A DNA stretch of 64,000 nucleotides from an uncultured Bordetella sp. (GTDB lineage: Bacteria > Pseudomonadota > Gammaproteobacteria > Burkholderiales > SG8-39): positions 116-64,115 of the forward strand of contig CAZZDV010000001.1 of the NCBI GenBank assembly GCA_964652785.1. Reading direction: 5' to 3'. Positions 33,235 through 43,137 of the stretch are shown here, one piece after another. The first letter of the stretch is position 1. Each line of letters opens with the position of its first letter. Below the pieces are notes generated by a model. That model was not told where the DNA came from. It did no database searches and worked only from the letters and a program-made list of their open reading frames with translations. The translations under genes were made by a program, and so were the position numbers.

Positions 33235-34167
33235 CCTGGAGCGATCCAGGTACCACCGCGCAGTCTCGGCTACCCCTTCCTCGAAAGTCTTCACCTCTCG
33301 CCAACCTAGTTCCGTCCGGAAGGCTGTGTCATCCAACTCGAGCGACCGGGTCAGTCGTTTGACCGCTTCGCCGCGCCCCACCGCCGTTGCGCAGGCCTCA
33401 AGCAGCCCCGGAGGGAACGGCACAAGGCGCGACTGCCTCCCAAGCGATCGAGCGATGACCATCGCCAGCTCGGGAGTCGAATGCGACGCACCGTCGGTGA
33501 CATGGAAAATGCGCCCGGATACTGCGTTCGAATCCAAGCTTGCGAGAATGGCCGACGCCAGGTTGGCTACTCCGATGAAGCTCCGCTTGTTTTGGATGCT
33601 GGCCAAAGGCAGCGGCAAGCCCCGGTATACAGCCGACATGAGCGAAAGGAAATTCGCCCTGACGCCCGGTCCGTAAACCAACGGAGGGCGGAGGATCAGG
33701 ACGCGCAAGCCGTTGCCGATGGCCTGCAGACCCTGCTCCGCCAAATGTTTCGACATGGCGTAAGCGTCGGCGGGCCTGCACGATGCGGACTCGTCGAGCG
33801 CGACCGCGCCGGATTCATCTCCCAGCACCTTGGCCGTACTCATGAAAACGAATCGAGTGACACCCATGGCCGCAGCATCGCGCGCCAGCTTTATCGTGCC
33901 ATCACAGTTCTCCACCTGATACGCCGAAGTATTCGCATCCGACGAGAGGTGAACACGCCCCGCCAGGTGCACTACCGAATCGATGCCTTCGAGTAACGGT
34001 TTCCAATTTGCCGCGCCAGAAAGCGCGGGGCTGCGACTCCACCCGATACCCGAATTCTTCGGCGGACTTCTTGACGCCGCAACGAACTCGAGGTTCGCCG
34101 TCCGGGCCGCCAGCACTGCAGCTGCGACGAAGCCGCTAGCCCCGGTGACGAGAACCCTCGAGATCAA
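33220..34167 (-). CDS. NAD-dependent epimerase/dehydratase (extended SDR)
   Basis: ORF 33220..34251 (TTG). VLVTGASGFV Rossmann motif and YAMSK catalytic Y-x3-K. I prefer the in-frame TTG at 34167 (MISRVLVTGASG) because it leaves a 94-bp divergent promoter region with manC. The start is uncertain. Confidence 0.75.
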   Translation of the reverse strand: MISRVLVTGASGFVAAAVLAARTANLEFVAASRSPPKNSGIGWSRSPALSGAANWKPLLEGIDSVVHLAGRVHLSSDANTSAYQVENCDGTIKLARDAAAMGVTRFVFMSTAKVLGDESGAVALDESASCRPADAYAMSKHLAEQGLQAIGNGLRVLILRPPLVYGPGVRANFLSLMSAVYRGLPLPLASIQNKRSFIGVANLASAILASLDSNAVSGRIFHVTDGASHSTPELAMVIARSLGRQSRLVPFPPGLLEACATAVGRGEAVKRLTRSLELDDTAFRTELGWREVKTFEEGVAETARWYLDRSRSDST

Positions 34168-34261
34168 ATGGGTCCGTCGGTTGGATTGTTGTGCAGAAGC
34201 CGAGCGGATACACTCGCGCACTTGTCGAAATAGAAGGTTTTCACATTGCAACAGCTAAGGG

Positions 34262-35692
34262 TTGTCCATGTCCGCTGAATCCATTCCGGTCAAACCGGTC
34301 ATCCTGTGTGGAGGGAGTGGTACGCGGCTGTGGCCCATGTCGCGAAAGTTCCTGCCCAAGCAGTTTCTTCCGCTCGTTTCCAAAGATACCACCCTATTTC
34401 AAGATACGATTGTACGCGCTGAGGCGGTTTCTCCGGGCGCGGAGGCCATAGTGATTTGCAACGAGGAGCATCGTTTTCTCGTTGCGGATCAGCTTGTCTC
34501 AATAGGTCGATCCGGGTTGCAGATACTCGAACCATCAGGCCGAAATACCGCCGCCGCGGTAGCAGTGGCCGCAATTGCAACCGAGGCTGAGAATCCGGTT
34601 CTCCTTGTGCTCGCTTCGGATCATGCTATCGGGAATATTGAAGCATTCAAGGGTGCGGTCGAGCGCGCGACGGCGCTTGCGGATACCGGGTATCTGGTGA
34701 CGTTTGGAATTCAACCTACCCGGCCTGACAGCGGTTTCGGCTACATCGCGCGAGGCGAAGAGATTGCGGGAACCGATGGCGATTTTCGTGTCGCGAAGTT
34801 TGTCGAGAAGCCGGGGACGGAGGAGGCCGCGGCGCTTATAGACACTGGGCTGGTCTACTGGAACAGCGGAATGTTCGCCTTCAGGTCGAGGCGTCTCATT
34901 GAAGAAATGCAGCGTTTCCGGCCGGACATTCTCACGGCCGCTCGCAGATCAGTGGACACCGCCAGTCGCGATATGGGATTCCTTCGATTGGGGCGTGACG
35001 CATTCCTTTCTTGTCCTGCAGAAGCCCTGGACCGCGCGGTCATGGAACGCACTGAGCGCGCGGCGGTCGTCCCGGCAGAGTTCGGCTGGAGCGATGTCGG
35101 TTCCTGGACGGCGCTGTGGGAGATCGCGAATAAGGACGAAAGGGGAAACGCCGTTCGCGGCGACGTCCGCATGCACGACAGCGACAACTCGATTGTCTTC
35201 AGCAATCGCAGGCTGGTGACTACGCATGGCATCAAAGACCTGATCGTAGTCGAGACGGCCGATGCCGTGCTTGTTGCAGACCGCGCGCATGCCCAGGACG
35301 TGCGAGACATTGTCGACGACCTTGTCGAGACGAATCGCACCGAGCACATCAGGCATACTCGCGTGTTTCGTCCCTGGGGCTACTACGAGAATCTTGATCA
35401 GGGTTCGGGATACCTTGTAAAGCGAATCATGGTAAAGCCGGGGGAAGCATTGTCGCTACAGATGCACCACCACCGAGCCGAGCATTGGGTAGTTGTGCGG
35501 GGTAAGGCACGGGTTACCCGGGGCGGGGAAGTGACGATGCTCGAGCGAAATCAATCGATCTATATCCCGCTTTCCGAAACCCATCGACTGGAGAATCCTT
35601 CCGAAGAGGAATTGCACCTCATCGAGGTTCAGTCGGGCGATCTTATCAGCGAGGACGATATCGTCCGGTTCGAAGACCGTTACAAGCGCTGA
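34262..35692 (+). CDS. manC: Mannose-1-phosphate guanylyltransferase / mannose-6-phosphate isomerase
   Basis: 476 aa. N-terminal ILCGGSGTRLWPMSR, plus a C-terminal cupin domain (VKRIMVKPGEALSLQMHHHRAEHWVVV). Confidence 0.9.
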   Translation: MSMSAESIPVKPVILCGGSGTRLWPMSRKFLPKQFLPLVSKDTTLFQDTIVRAEAVSPGAEAIVICNEEHRFLVADQLVSIGRSGLQILEPSGRNTAAAVAVAAIATEAENPVLLVLASDHAIGNIEAFKGAVERATALADTGYLVTFGIQPTRPDSGFGYIARGEEIAGTDGDFRVAKFVEKPGTEEAAALIDTGLVYWNSGMFAFRSRRLIEEMQRFRPDILTAARRSVDTASRDMGFLRLGRDAFLSCPAEALDRAVMERTERAAVVPAEFGWSDVGSWTALWEIANKDERGNAVRGDVRMHDSDNSIVFSNRRLVTTHGIKDLIVVETADAVLVADRAHAQDVRDIVDDLVETNRTEHIRHTRVFRPWGYYENLDQGSGYLVKRIMVKPGEALSLQMHHHRAEHWVVVRGKARVTRGGEVTMLERNQSIYIPLSETHRLENPSEEELHLIEVQSGDLISEDDIVRFEDRYKR

Positions 35693-36615
35693 CTTCCGAA
35701 CATCGCTCGAACGCGCCAACCCAGGTCGATCAGCGGGCAAAGCATTCGGGAAAAGATTTCTGGGTAAAATATTTCAGAGATCTCATTTTCATTGACCTGG
35801 CCGCCTGCCGCCCTGGTCCGGGCAAGGCTGGACGCCATGCGCGCATCCCAAGTCAGCTTTTCGGCCACGGACAGGCTGCTTAGGATACGTGGGGCGTATC
35901 GCCTGAACAACAACTGCTTGTCCCTCACGATCCGGCCACTGGGGATGTTTGCCTGGGTCATCTGGTTCCCGTGCTGCCTAATCAATGAGAACGCTTCTGG
36001 CAGCAGCACCGCCGCGCCTCGATCCAGCAGATGGAACCACATCTCGATGTCTATGGCCTGGCTAAGAGTGGGATCAAACCCGCGCAGGGCTGCCTCCCGA
36101 CGGAACATGACCGCGCTGGGTTCGCCAATCCTGTTTCCGTGTACAAAGCACTCGCGCAGCATGTCGGCCGGGGCCACCACCTCTTTTCGCTGCCGCGCCC
36201 TGGAGACCCGTACAGGCCGCAACTCCGGATCGGTAAGAGTTCGACCGCAGGCAGCCAGCGCAGCGTCCGGATGATCGTTGAGGGCGCCGGCCAGGAATTC
36301 GGCGCAACCCTTTTCCAGGACGTCGTCGGCACACAGAATCATTACATATGACCCGGCGGCGCTTTCGATGCAGGCATTGAAGTTACGTGCCATCCCGATG
36401 TTTTCTGGGTTACGGCTGACCCGCACGCGACGATCGGTGGCCGTAATGTCCTGAACAATTGTCCACGTTTCGTCGGTCGAGCAATTGTCGACCACCAGGA
36501 CCTCGAGCGGAGCGTATTCCTGTCGCATTGCAGAGCGAAGCGCGTCCGACACCACCCGCGCATCGTTGTGCGTCGGGATGCAAATGCTGACCAGCGGACC
36601 GACGCTAGCGCCCAT
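35680..36615 (-). CDS. Glycosyltransferase family 2
   Basis: ORF 35680..36699, likely start at MGASVGPLVSICIPTHND. Also VLVVDNCSTDETW and CADDVL (DXD-like). Confidence 0.8.
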   Translation of the reverse strand: MGASVGPLVSICIPTHNDARVVSDALRSAMRQEYAPLEVLVVDNCSTDETWTIVQDITATDRRVRVSRNPENIGMARNFNACIESAAGSYVMILCADDVLEKGCAEFLAGALNDHPDAALAACGRTLTDPELRPVRVSRARQRKEVVAPADMLRECFVHGNRIGEPSAVMFRREAALRGFDPTLSQAIDIEMWFHLLDRGAAVLLPEAFSLIRQHGNQMTQANIPSGRIVRDKQLLFRRYAPRILSSLSVAEKLTWDARMASSLARTRAAGGQVNENEISEIFYPEIFSRMLCPLIDLGWRVRAMFGSQRL

Positions 36616-37762
36616 GCGCGCGCGCAGCTTCGAGTATGTCCCGGTAAGGCACATCGTGCAGGTTCGGGTCGAAGCGGGGCGATCGGCTGAACAGCGCATG
36701 ACTGATGAATTCCCGCACCCGGCGTGGATACTTTCCCGGCACGAATCGAAAGAGCGCGTAGACCGAAGCTATGGTGCCATACACAATGATTTCCCAGAAT
36801 CGCAGCATCCTGAGCACCTTCAGGTACCGGCCAGGATCGCTTGAGCTCAATACGGCGTGATACTGGAGCCGACGATATCGAGAGTACGATACCCGTGGGC
36901 TCAATTCGGAGAAGTTTCGCTTGAGCGTCTCCATGGCGCATAGCCACGAGTCGTTCATATTGGTTCCGGGAACGACCTCGCCGCGTAACCGCTCGACGAT
37001 CTCTGGCGCCGCGACGTTGTGCAGAAACTCCACGCCGTCGCTCTCCATTGCATTCAGGTAGTAGTACCCGAAGGATTTGGGGCTGATGCCGATGAGGCAG
37101 ACTGCCTCCGGGGTAGCCACAATCTTCTCTGCCATAAGAAGCACTGCGTTGGCGGCGTAATAGTCAGGATACGGTGACTGGAAAAAACGCCCCTTGCTTC
37201 CAAGGTTCTCAACCAGCCTGCGGCTGAAAACGAAATGCTGCATGTTGAAGCCATACAGGATGCGAAAATCCATGGCGGCGCTCACCATGCTTAGAGCCTC
37301 TTTCCGCGAGAGTTCAAACGGCGTGTTTCGTCCGGCCAGGAAGGCGTTGTAGCCCGTCTGGATGAACGGGCTTTCGTGCCCCGGGACAACATGGGGATAT
37401 GCATACTGGTGTGCTTGGGCGTAAATGGCGTCGGGACTGCCCCACGCATCGATCAACTGCCGGACAGTTGAAAGACTTCCCGGAAGAAGGACGTCGTCAT
37501 CCCCGAGCATGATGAAATAGTCGCCCGTTGCCGCCTCCAGCGCTGCATTCCAGTTGTCCGTGACCGGCACTAGCTGGTTAAAACGGTGGGTAAGAATGCG
37601 CGGTTCGCCGATCTGGGAAACTGCGGCCGCGATATCGACTTCCGAAGCGTTGTCTGAAACCACGACCTCCCAGTCGCCGTAGTCCTGGGAGCGCACCGAT
37701 TCGATCGCAAGCAGCAGCAACTCGAGCCGGTTACGCGTTGGCAACAGGATGGAGAACTTCAC
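36605..37762 (-). CDS. Glycosyltransferase family 2 with a C-terminal extension
   Basis: 385 aa. MKFSILLPTRNRLELL...VVVSDNAS...MLGDDDVL. Confidence 0.75.
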   Translation of the reverse strand: MKFSILLPTRNRLELLLLAIESVRSQDYGDWEVVVSDNASEVDIAAAVSQIGEPRILTHRFNQLVPVTDNWNAALEAATGDYFIMLGDDDVLLPGSLSTVRQLIDAWGSPDAIYAQAHQYAYPHVVPGHESPFIQTGYNAFLAGRNTPFELSRKEALSMVSAAMDFRILYGFNMQHFVFSRRLVENLGSKGRFFQSPYPDYYAANAVLLMAEKIVATPEAVCLIGISPKSFGYYYLNAMESDGVEFLHNVAAPEIVERLRGEVVPGTNMNDSWLCAMETLKRNFSELSPRVSYSRYRRLQYHAVLSSSDPGRYLKVLRMLRFWEIIVYGTIASVYALFRFVPGKYPRRVREFISHALFSRSPRFDPNLHDVPYRDILEAARAHGR

Positions 37763-38712
37763 GCCGGCTTTCGGAACACGGCGGTGTAAGCGCTCCCGAC
37801 TCCTTCCCGCCGCTCGGCAAACGCGGTAGCAGCGCTGATGCTGCGTCCCACGCGACGAAGCAACCGTTTAGCCAGTCTCCCTGAAACCAGATGCGGTAGC
37901 GAGTACACCCAGCCAAACTCATTCCACCCCAGGCTTCCAGTGTCGGTAGTAGTGCACAGCTCCTGCCTCAACCCGGCGCGTTCGGCACGCGAGCGCAATA
38001 AGTCTGCGGGAATGAGGTGCAGGTGACGCGGCGCGTCCACATGCGCCCAGTAGCGTCCAAGGATCCTGAACTGAAGCGCCTCCGGGTTGGGCACCGCCAG
38101 AACGAGCACGCCTCCTGGCGCAAGCCGATCGGCGGCGGCATCTATCAGCCGCCAGGGGTCGCGCAGGTGCTCAAGGACGTGCCAAGCCGCGATCACATCG
38201 GGCGTCGCAGCGTCCGAAAGCGCAGCAGCCTCATCGCTGCGGCAAATGGCGCGCACGCCGATGCGGGACGTAAGGAAGTCGCAGCAGTCGGGATCCATTT
38301 CGATCGCTTCCACTGAAAAGCCTGCACGCTTGGCAAGGAGGCAGAAGGCGCCCCACGAAGGCCCGATCTCAAGCAACCGCCCGGACGGGACGAACTTCCG
38401 TACGAGATCGATCTTGTACTTCTCGTGCTCTACACCTGCCTCGATGGCAGCCGCCGAGGCTGGCTGCAAGTGGTAGCCGGACACATAGTAAGGAGCCAGA
38501 TCCTCTGGAACGTTTTCCAGCGAAGTCAGGCCGCACTGTACGCACTTCGCGTAGTGAAATATGTCGTTCGACGCCGTGTGGTTGAAATCCCGGGTGTCGA
38601 AAGCAGCACCCATGACTCCTCCGCATGCCCCGCACCGGGACCACTCTTCGCCGACATGCGATCGGGGATCAATCGTGGACACGATCAATCCGGCCGGGCA
38701 TTGTCGCCCCAT
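37759..38712 (-). CDS. Class I SAM-dependent methyltransferase with an N-terminal CxxC...CxxC zinc-ribbon-like motif
   Basis: 317 aa. RCGACGG...KCVQCGL, then LLEIGPSWGAFCLLAKRAGFSVEAIEMD (SAM motif I). An alternative GTG start at 38682 would remove the 28-nt overlap with the upstream gene. Confidence 0.7.
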   Translation of the reverse strand: MGRQCPAGLIVSTIDPRSHVGEEWSRCGACGGVMGAAFDTRDFNHTASNDIFHYAKCVQCGLTSLENVPEDLAPYYVSGYHLQPASAAAIEAGVEHEKYKIDLVRKFVPSGRLLEIGPSWGAFCLLAKRAGFSVEAIEMDPDCCDFLTSRIGVRAICRSDEAAALSDAATPDVIAAWHVLEHLRDPWRLIDAAADRLAPGGVLVLAVPNPEALQFRILGRYWAHVDAPRHLHLIPADLLRSRAERAGLRQELCTTTDTGSLGWNEFGWVYSLPHLVSGRLAKRLLRRVGRSISAATAFAERREGVGSAYTAVFRKPA

Positions 38713-39590
38713 GCGTATTGGGCAAGTTCTGCGCGCGTTGCTGCGTCGGACTCCAGATAGTGCTCGGTCTGGTTATCCGCCACCAGGAGATTCTCCTCGC
38801 GTGATTGCCAAAAGGTGTTGGATTGATGCCAACGCTCCGGTTCGTAGCCCATACCATCCCGACCCACGACAAGCACCCGCAATCCGAGCCTGCGCACCTG
38901 ATTCGTGAGACTGTCCTTGCCGCTTTCGAACTTGTAGGCCGACAACTTCATGCGCAGTGGTCCGAGCCTCACGCGGCGCAAAGTGTCTCGAGACGCCATG
39001 AACGCATTCGTCCTCACGTGCGGATTCGGAAACGGCGGAAAATCACGCGCCGGACGCCATACTCCGGCCATGCGCAGGACTACCCTGAACGCGCGTTGCG
39101 CATTCGCGTTCGGACGCCGGTCCCGGAGCGCCCGGCCGATCCTGCGCAGAAACTGCGTCGCGGGGGGGAGGGACTTCAAGTGGCGCTCTTCGCGCGTGTA
39201 TCCGCCCGCAATGCTCTGGCACGACCCGGTTGCGCCTACAAGACCTACGTCGCTTGCCTCGCCCCATCGGTTCATCTTCTCGAGCCAGCCGTCGGCAAGG
39301 ATGCGGCTGTAGGAATTGAGAAAGCAGAAACGCGAGTGATCCAGCTGCCTGGCCGCGTCGAAATAGGCATTGAGGTCGAGCCCGCGATCGGAAATGAACA
39401 GCCGGCGATGTGGAATATCCGCCAGGAGCGCGTTGTGTTCTGGACACTCCCCGTGGAATCCCTTGAATAGAATCACCAGGTCGTGCGACACCCCGGGCGA
39501 ATGCGATTGCCAGGACGCGATGAACCTCTCGAACGGGGCAATCCCGTTTTGCTTGCGTGCCAAATGCACTACCGCCAGCCCGGCCATCAA
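38685..39590 (-). CDS. Hypothetical protein with no family I can name
   Basis: 301 aa, soluble. Its start forms an ATGA overlap with the upstream rmlD-like stop, and its 3' end overlaps or abuts the downstream methyltransferase start. Coding is supported by operon packing and length. There is no recognisable catalytic motif beyond a loose beta-strand/D-x-D-like region (LFISDRGLDLN). Confidence 0.5.
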   Translation of the reverse strand: MMAGLAVVHLARKQNGIAPFERFIASWQSHSPGVSHDLVILFKGFHGECPEHNALLADIPHRRLFISDRGLDLNAYFDAARQLDHSRFCFLNSYSRILADGWLEKMNRWGEASDVGLVGATGSCQSIAGGYTREERHLKSLPPATQFLRRIGRALRDRRPNANAQRAFRVVLRMAGVWRPARDFPPFPNPHVRTNAFMASRDTLRRVRLGPLRMKLSAYKFESGKDSLTNQVRRLGLRVLVVGRDGMGYEPERWHQSNTFWQSREENLLVADNQTEHYLESDAATRAELAQYAWGDNARPD

Positions 39591-40456
39591 GCAGGCTCAG
39601 GATACTTGGCACGCAGGTAGTTAACCAAGGCTTCACGCCAGGGTCGCAACGTTATGCCAAGCGCTTGCGCTCGCGTATTCTCGAGGACGGAGTACAGCGG
39701 GCGGCGCATGCCTAGCGTCACCCCGCCTCGATCCACGGGCACCACGTCCACTGATGCCCCTATGATCTTTACGATCTCACGGGTAAACTCATACCAGGAG
39801 CAGCAGCCCGAGTTCACTAGGTGGTAAATACCCGGGTCACTTCGCTGATGTGCGATCAGTGCGTACACGGCGAGGCTCAGGTCATGCGTGGAAGTCGGGC
39901 TGATCACCTGTTCGCAGGCCATTTCGATCCGCTTGCCTGCGCGGGCGTCGGCGACCCGCCCGTCCACGAAGTTGCCGCCCTTGGACTTGGCGCCGGAAAA
40001 GCCATACAGCCCGCAAGTACGCACCACGATTGCGTGTTCCGGCGCGACTGCAAGCACCGCGTGCTCTCCGGCGAGGCGGGTTATTCCGTAGACCTGCAGC
40101 GGATGCGGCAGCGCGTTCTCGACGTGCGGTTGTCTTCGGTTGCTGCCAAACACGTAGTCGCTGCTAAAAGTGACTAGCCGTGCATCGGCATCACGACAAG
40201 CGAGCGCTAGGTCCCGCATCGCAACGCAGTTCACCCGGAAAGCGAGGTCGGGCTGCTGTTCGCAAAGCGGCACATTGTGAAAGGCAGCGCAATTGATGAC
40301 GACTTGCGGACGATAGCGGCCAAGCGCAGCCACCACCTGCGTCGGATCGACGACGTCGAGTTCGCCGCGATCGGGCGCAATCAGCTCGTGCCCGGTATTG
40401 TTGCGCACCAGGTCACCACCCAGTTGGCCCGTGCGTCCGATCAATAAAATGCGCAT
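39587..40456 (-). CDS. rmlD: NDP-4-dehydro-6-deoxyhexose reductase (dTDP-4-dehydrorhamnose reductase family)
   Basis: 289 aa. MRILLIGRTGQLGGDL...VVINCAAFHNV...LVTFSSDYVFG is typical of the RmlD family. Confidence 0.8.
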   Translation of the reverse strand: MRILLIGRTGQLGGDLVRNNTGHELIAPDRGELDVVDPTQVVAALGRYRPQVVINCAAFHNVPLCEQQPDLAFRVNCVAMRDLALACRDADARLVTFSSDYVFGSNRRQPHVENALPHPLQVYGITRLAGEHAVLAVAPEHAIVVRTCGLYGFSGAKSKGGNFVDGRVADARAGKRIEMACEQVISPTSTHDLSLAVYALIAHQRSDPGIYHLVNSGCCSWYEFTREIVKIIGASVDVVPVDRGGVTLGMRRPLYSVLENTRAQALGITLRPWREALVNYLRAKYPEPA

Positions 40457-40462
40457 TGCGTA

Positions 40463-40993
40463 TCAGCCTGCGAATAGGGGAAAGGAGCGGTCCCGGTCCG
40501 ACATCGCGGGATTGGCGATCGGCCATTCGATGCCAAAAGCCGGATCGTCCCATCGAACGCCGCTCGCGGACTCCGGATAGTAGAACTCGGCCATCATGTA
40601 GAGCACTTCCGCATCCTCGGTCAGCGTCTGGAATCCGTGGGCAAAGCCCTTGGGGACATAGACAGCGCGTCGCGTCTCCGCGCTAAGCTCGATGCCGAAC
40701 CATTTCCTGTATCCCTGCGACTCAGGCCGCAAGTCGACGATCACGTCCCAGATCGCGCCTCGGGTACATCGCACGAGCTTGTCTTCCGCGTGGGGGAACA
40801 CCTGAAAGTGCATTCCGCGCAATGTGCCGCGGACGGGATTGAAGGACACGTTGCACTGGGCGACGTCGGGGTTCAATCCCTTCCCTTCAAACTCCTCCCG
40901 GCAAAATGATCGCGCAAAAAAGCCGCGGTCATCTTCGAGGCGCTTCATCTCGATGACGTAAGCGCCCATCAGCGGCGTGGGCAGAAAGATCAA
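40463..40993 (-). CDS. NDP-4-dehydro-6-deoxyhexose 3,5-epimerase (RmlC-like cupin), paralog 1
   Basis: 176 aa. DDRGFFARSF...RGMHFQ...GFAHGF. This is the second RmlC-family gene in the window. Confidence 0.8.
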   Translation of the reverse strand: MIFLPTPLMGAYVIEMKRLEDDRGFFARSFCREEFEGKGLNPDVAQCNVSFNPVRGTLRGMHFQVFPHAEDKLVRCTRGAIWDVIVDLRPESQGYRKWFGIELSAETRRAVYVPKGFAHGFQTLTEDAEVLYMMAEFYYPESASGVRWDDPAFGIEWPIANPAMSDRDRSFPLFAG

Positions 40994-41166
40994 CTAGGGG
41001 CCCTGGGTGTGTGCGTTTGAGATTGGAACGAGGTTGCGCCTTCCGGCCCCGGCGCACGCGCGTGGCGTCTGCGCGCCCAAGCTTGATGCTAAAATTCATG
41101 TTTAGATTCAACGCGTAATTTTCTCATAATTGGCTCGTTCCAGCGAGAAAACGCGAATTTGCAAAC

Positions 41167-42294
41167 TTGGATATTCGCGCAACCCAAATCGGAAAACACC
41201 ACCTTGAATTGGAGGCTATGGTCGGTGAGGTGGCCGCGAGCCATGGGCTTTACCGGCCATCCAGGTTCTGGAAGGACGTGAATGAGATCAACCAGGCGAT
41301 GATCGATGAGCTCGGCCTGGAGAACCTGAAGCGGACCCTGGCGCAAAACTATTTCAACTGGCTGATCATCAGCAAGAGCGATCCGCAGTACCGCGCAATT
41401 CGCAAACACTGGCTGCATCGCCCTTCCCTCCAGCCTTACCTGAACCGTCTCAAGGTGCCTGCGCTACTGAAAACGCTTCAACCCTATCTCGGCCGGCTGC
41501 AAAACCCGTCCATGCCGGTGACGTCGATGGGGCGCGAACCCTCGATCGGGAGGAGCGAGCTTCGCACCTACAAACTTTTCGTCGGAATGTTGTGGGAATT
41601 CGCGATCCAGCACGACTGGTCGGGCATCGGTGAGCATGCGCAAGAGCCGACTGTGGGCAACCCAATTGAACTGTTTCGAAGGGGCCGGCTGATTTCGCAG
41701 GATCTGGCGAACTCCATCCGGGAGTACAACGCAATCTTGAGCGACACGAAAAAACTTGCGGGACACGATAAGCGCATCGCTGAACTCGGCGCGGGCTACG
41801 GACGTCTCGCTCATGTCTTCCTGTCGGAGGGACGGACTCAGTACTTCATTTTCGACATCCCTCCGGCATTGTTCGTATCCCAGTGGTATCTGGCCGCGGT
41901 CCATCCGGGCAGGAAAATATTCCGGTTCAGGCACTTTGATAGCCTGGATGAGGTGGCCTGCGAACTCGACGAAGCCGACGTAGCTTTCCTCACGCCGAAT
42001 CAGATGGAGCTGTTCCCGCCCGGGTACTTCGATATTTTTGTGTCCATCAGCACCCTGCCCGAAATGGCGGCGGACCAAATCGATAACTACCTGCGGCAGG
42101 CGCAGAGGCTTGCGCGAAGGTATGTCTACCTCAAGCAGTGGATCGATTGGGTGAACCCGGCCGACGGGTACCGGGTGACTGCCGACGCAATGAAACTTGG
42201 AAACGATTGGCTTCCGGTGTTCGACCGGAAGGATGCGGTCCAGCCGCATTTTTTCGAGAGGCTCTGGCGGCGCGGCCGGGATTCCAGTGACTAA
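41167..42294 (+). CDS. Putative sugar O-methyltransferase (TIGR04371-like)
   Basis: 375 aa (TTG start, with an alternative ATG at 41215). SRFWKDVNEINQ...LKRTLAQNYFNW and IAELGAGYGRLAHVF (SAM motif) resemble, from memory, the putative sugar O-methyltransferase family. Confidence 0.55.
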   Translation: MDIRATQIGKHHLELEAMVGEVAASHGLYRPSRFWKDVNEINQAMIDELGLENLKRTLAQNYFNWLIISKSDPQYRAIRKHWLHRPSLQPYLNRLKVPALLKTLQPYLGRLQNPSMPVTSMGREPSIGRSELRTYKLFVGMLWEFAIQHDWSGIGEHAQEPTVGNPIELFRRGRLISQDLANSIREYNAILSDTKKLAGHDKRIAELGAGYGRLAHVFLSEGRTQYFIFDIPPALFVSQWYLAAVHPGRKIFRFRHFDSLDEVACELDEADVAFLTPNQMELFPPGYFDIFVSISTLPEMAADQIDNYLRQAQRLARRYVYLKQWIDWVNPADGYRVTADAMKLGNDWLPVFDRKDAVQPHFFERLWRRGRDSSD

Positions 42295-43132
42295 GGCCGC
42301 GACGCCCTCCGATGGGAAGCGGCTGACGGTAATCGAGGCCGGACGCGCGAACCGTGAATACTTCGAGGACTTGTGGCGATTCAGGGAGCTGTTCTTCATC
42401 CTGGTATGGCGCGACCTCCTGATCCGCTACAAGCAAGCCGCGCTCGGCCTTGCATGGACCCTCCTGAAACCTCTGCTGACCGCCCTCGTATTCGCACTCG
42501 TTTTCGGCAAGCTGGTCAAGATTCCTTCAGGCGGAATGCCGCATGCGCCTTTCATCTATGCCGCGCTGGTTCCCTGGCTTTTCTTTGCGTCATCGATTGC
42601 GGAATCGAGCACCAGCCTCGCATCCCATTCCGCACTGATCTCGAAGGTCTATTTCCCCCGCTTGCTCATCCCGCTTGTAGCCACGTGCGTCGCATTGATA
42701 GACATGCTGATCGCACTTGCGCTGCTAGTCCCGATGCTGGTTGTATTCGGCGTCGAGCCCAGCTGGCGGCTGCTTGCTTTGATTCCACTGACGTTGCTCA
42801 CTGCGGCCCTTGCTTTTGGTCTGGGTGCTTGGTCTGCCGCGCTGCATGTACGCTATCGCGATACTGGAATCGTCCTGCCGTTCGTGCTTCAGTTCGGCCT
42901 CTACCTCTCGCCGGTCATTTTCCCAAGCGACCTGGTGCCCTGGCCCTGGCGTGTGCTCTATTCACTCAATCCCATGGTCGGCGTCATCGAAGGCTTTCGC
43001 TGGGCGTCCTTCCCGGACCAGGCCGTCCACGCTTCGGCGATTGCAACCTCGGTCATGGCGGCAGGTTTATTCCTGTTCTTCGGACTTCGCTATTTTCGCG
43101 GGATCGAGCGCGATCTAGCCGACGTGATCTGA
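42287..43132 (+). CDS. wzm: O-antigen/polysaccharide export ABC transporter permease (ABC-2 type)
   Basis: ORF 42197..43132. The GTG at 42287 gives a typical Wzm N-terminus (EYFEDLWRFRELFFILVWRDLLIRYKQAALGLAW). Six TM segments. Confidence 0.85.
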   Translation: MTKAATPSDGKRLTVIEAGRANREYFEDLWRFRELFFILVWRDLLIRYKQAALGLAWTLLKPLLTALVFALVFGKLVKIPSGGMPHAPFIYAALVPWLFFASSIAESSTSLASHSALISKVYFPRLLIPLVATCVALIDMLIALALLVPMLVVFGVEPSWRLLALIPLTLLTAALAFGLGAWSAALHVRYRDTGIVLPFVLQFGLYLSPVIFPSDLVPWPWRVLYSLNPMVGVIEGFRWASFPDQAVHASAIATSVMAAGLFLFFGLRYFRGIERDLADVI

Positions 43133-43137
43133 CGCCG

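Noticed and set aside
40994-41166. Search for an RfaH ops/JUMPStart element (GGCGGTAG) in the divergent O-antigen promoter region and other LPS leaders
   Set aside because: No match in any intergenic leader. The only GCGGTAGC-like string is inside the manC coding sequence and is probably chance.
42373-43137. N-terminal 255 codons of the 676-aa ORF 42373..44403
   Set aside because: This part runs in an alternative frame across wzm and translates to Arg/Pro-rich sequence. The ABC ATPase sequence begins at ATG 43138 ([14 protein letters not shown]), right after the wzm stop.
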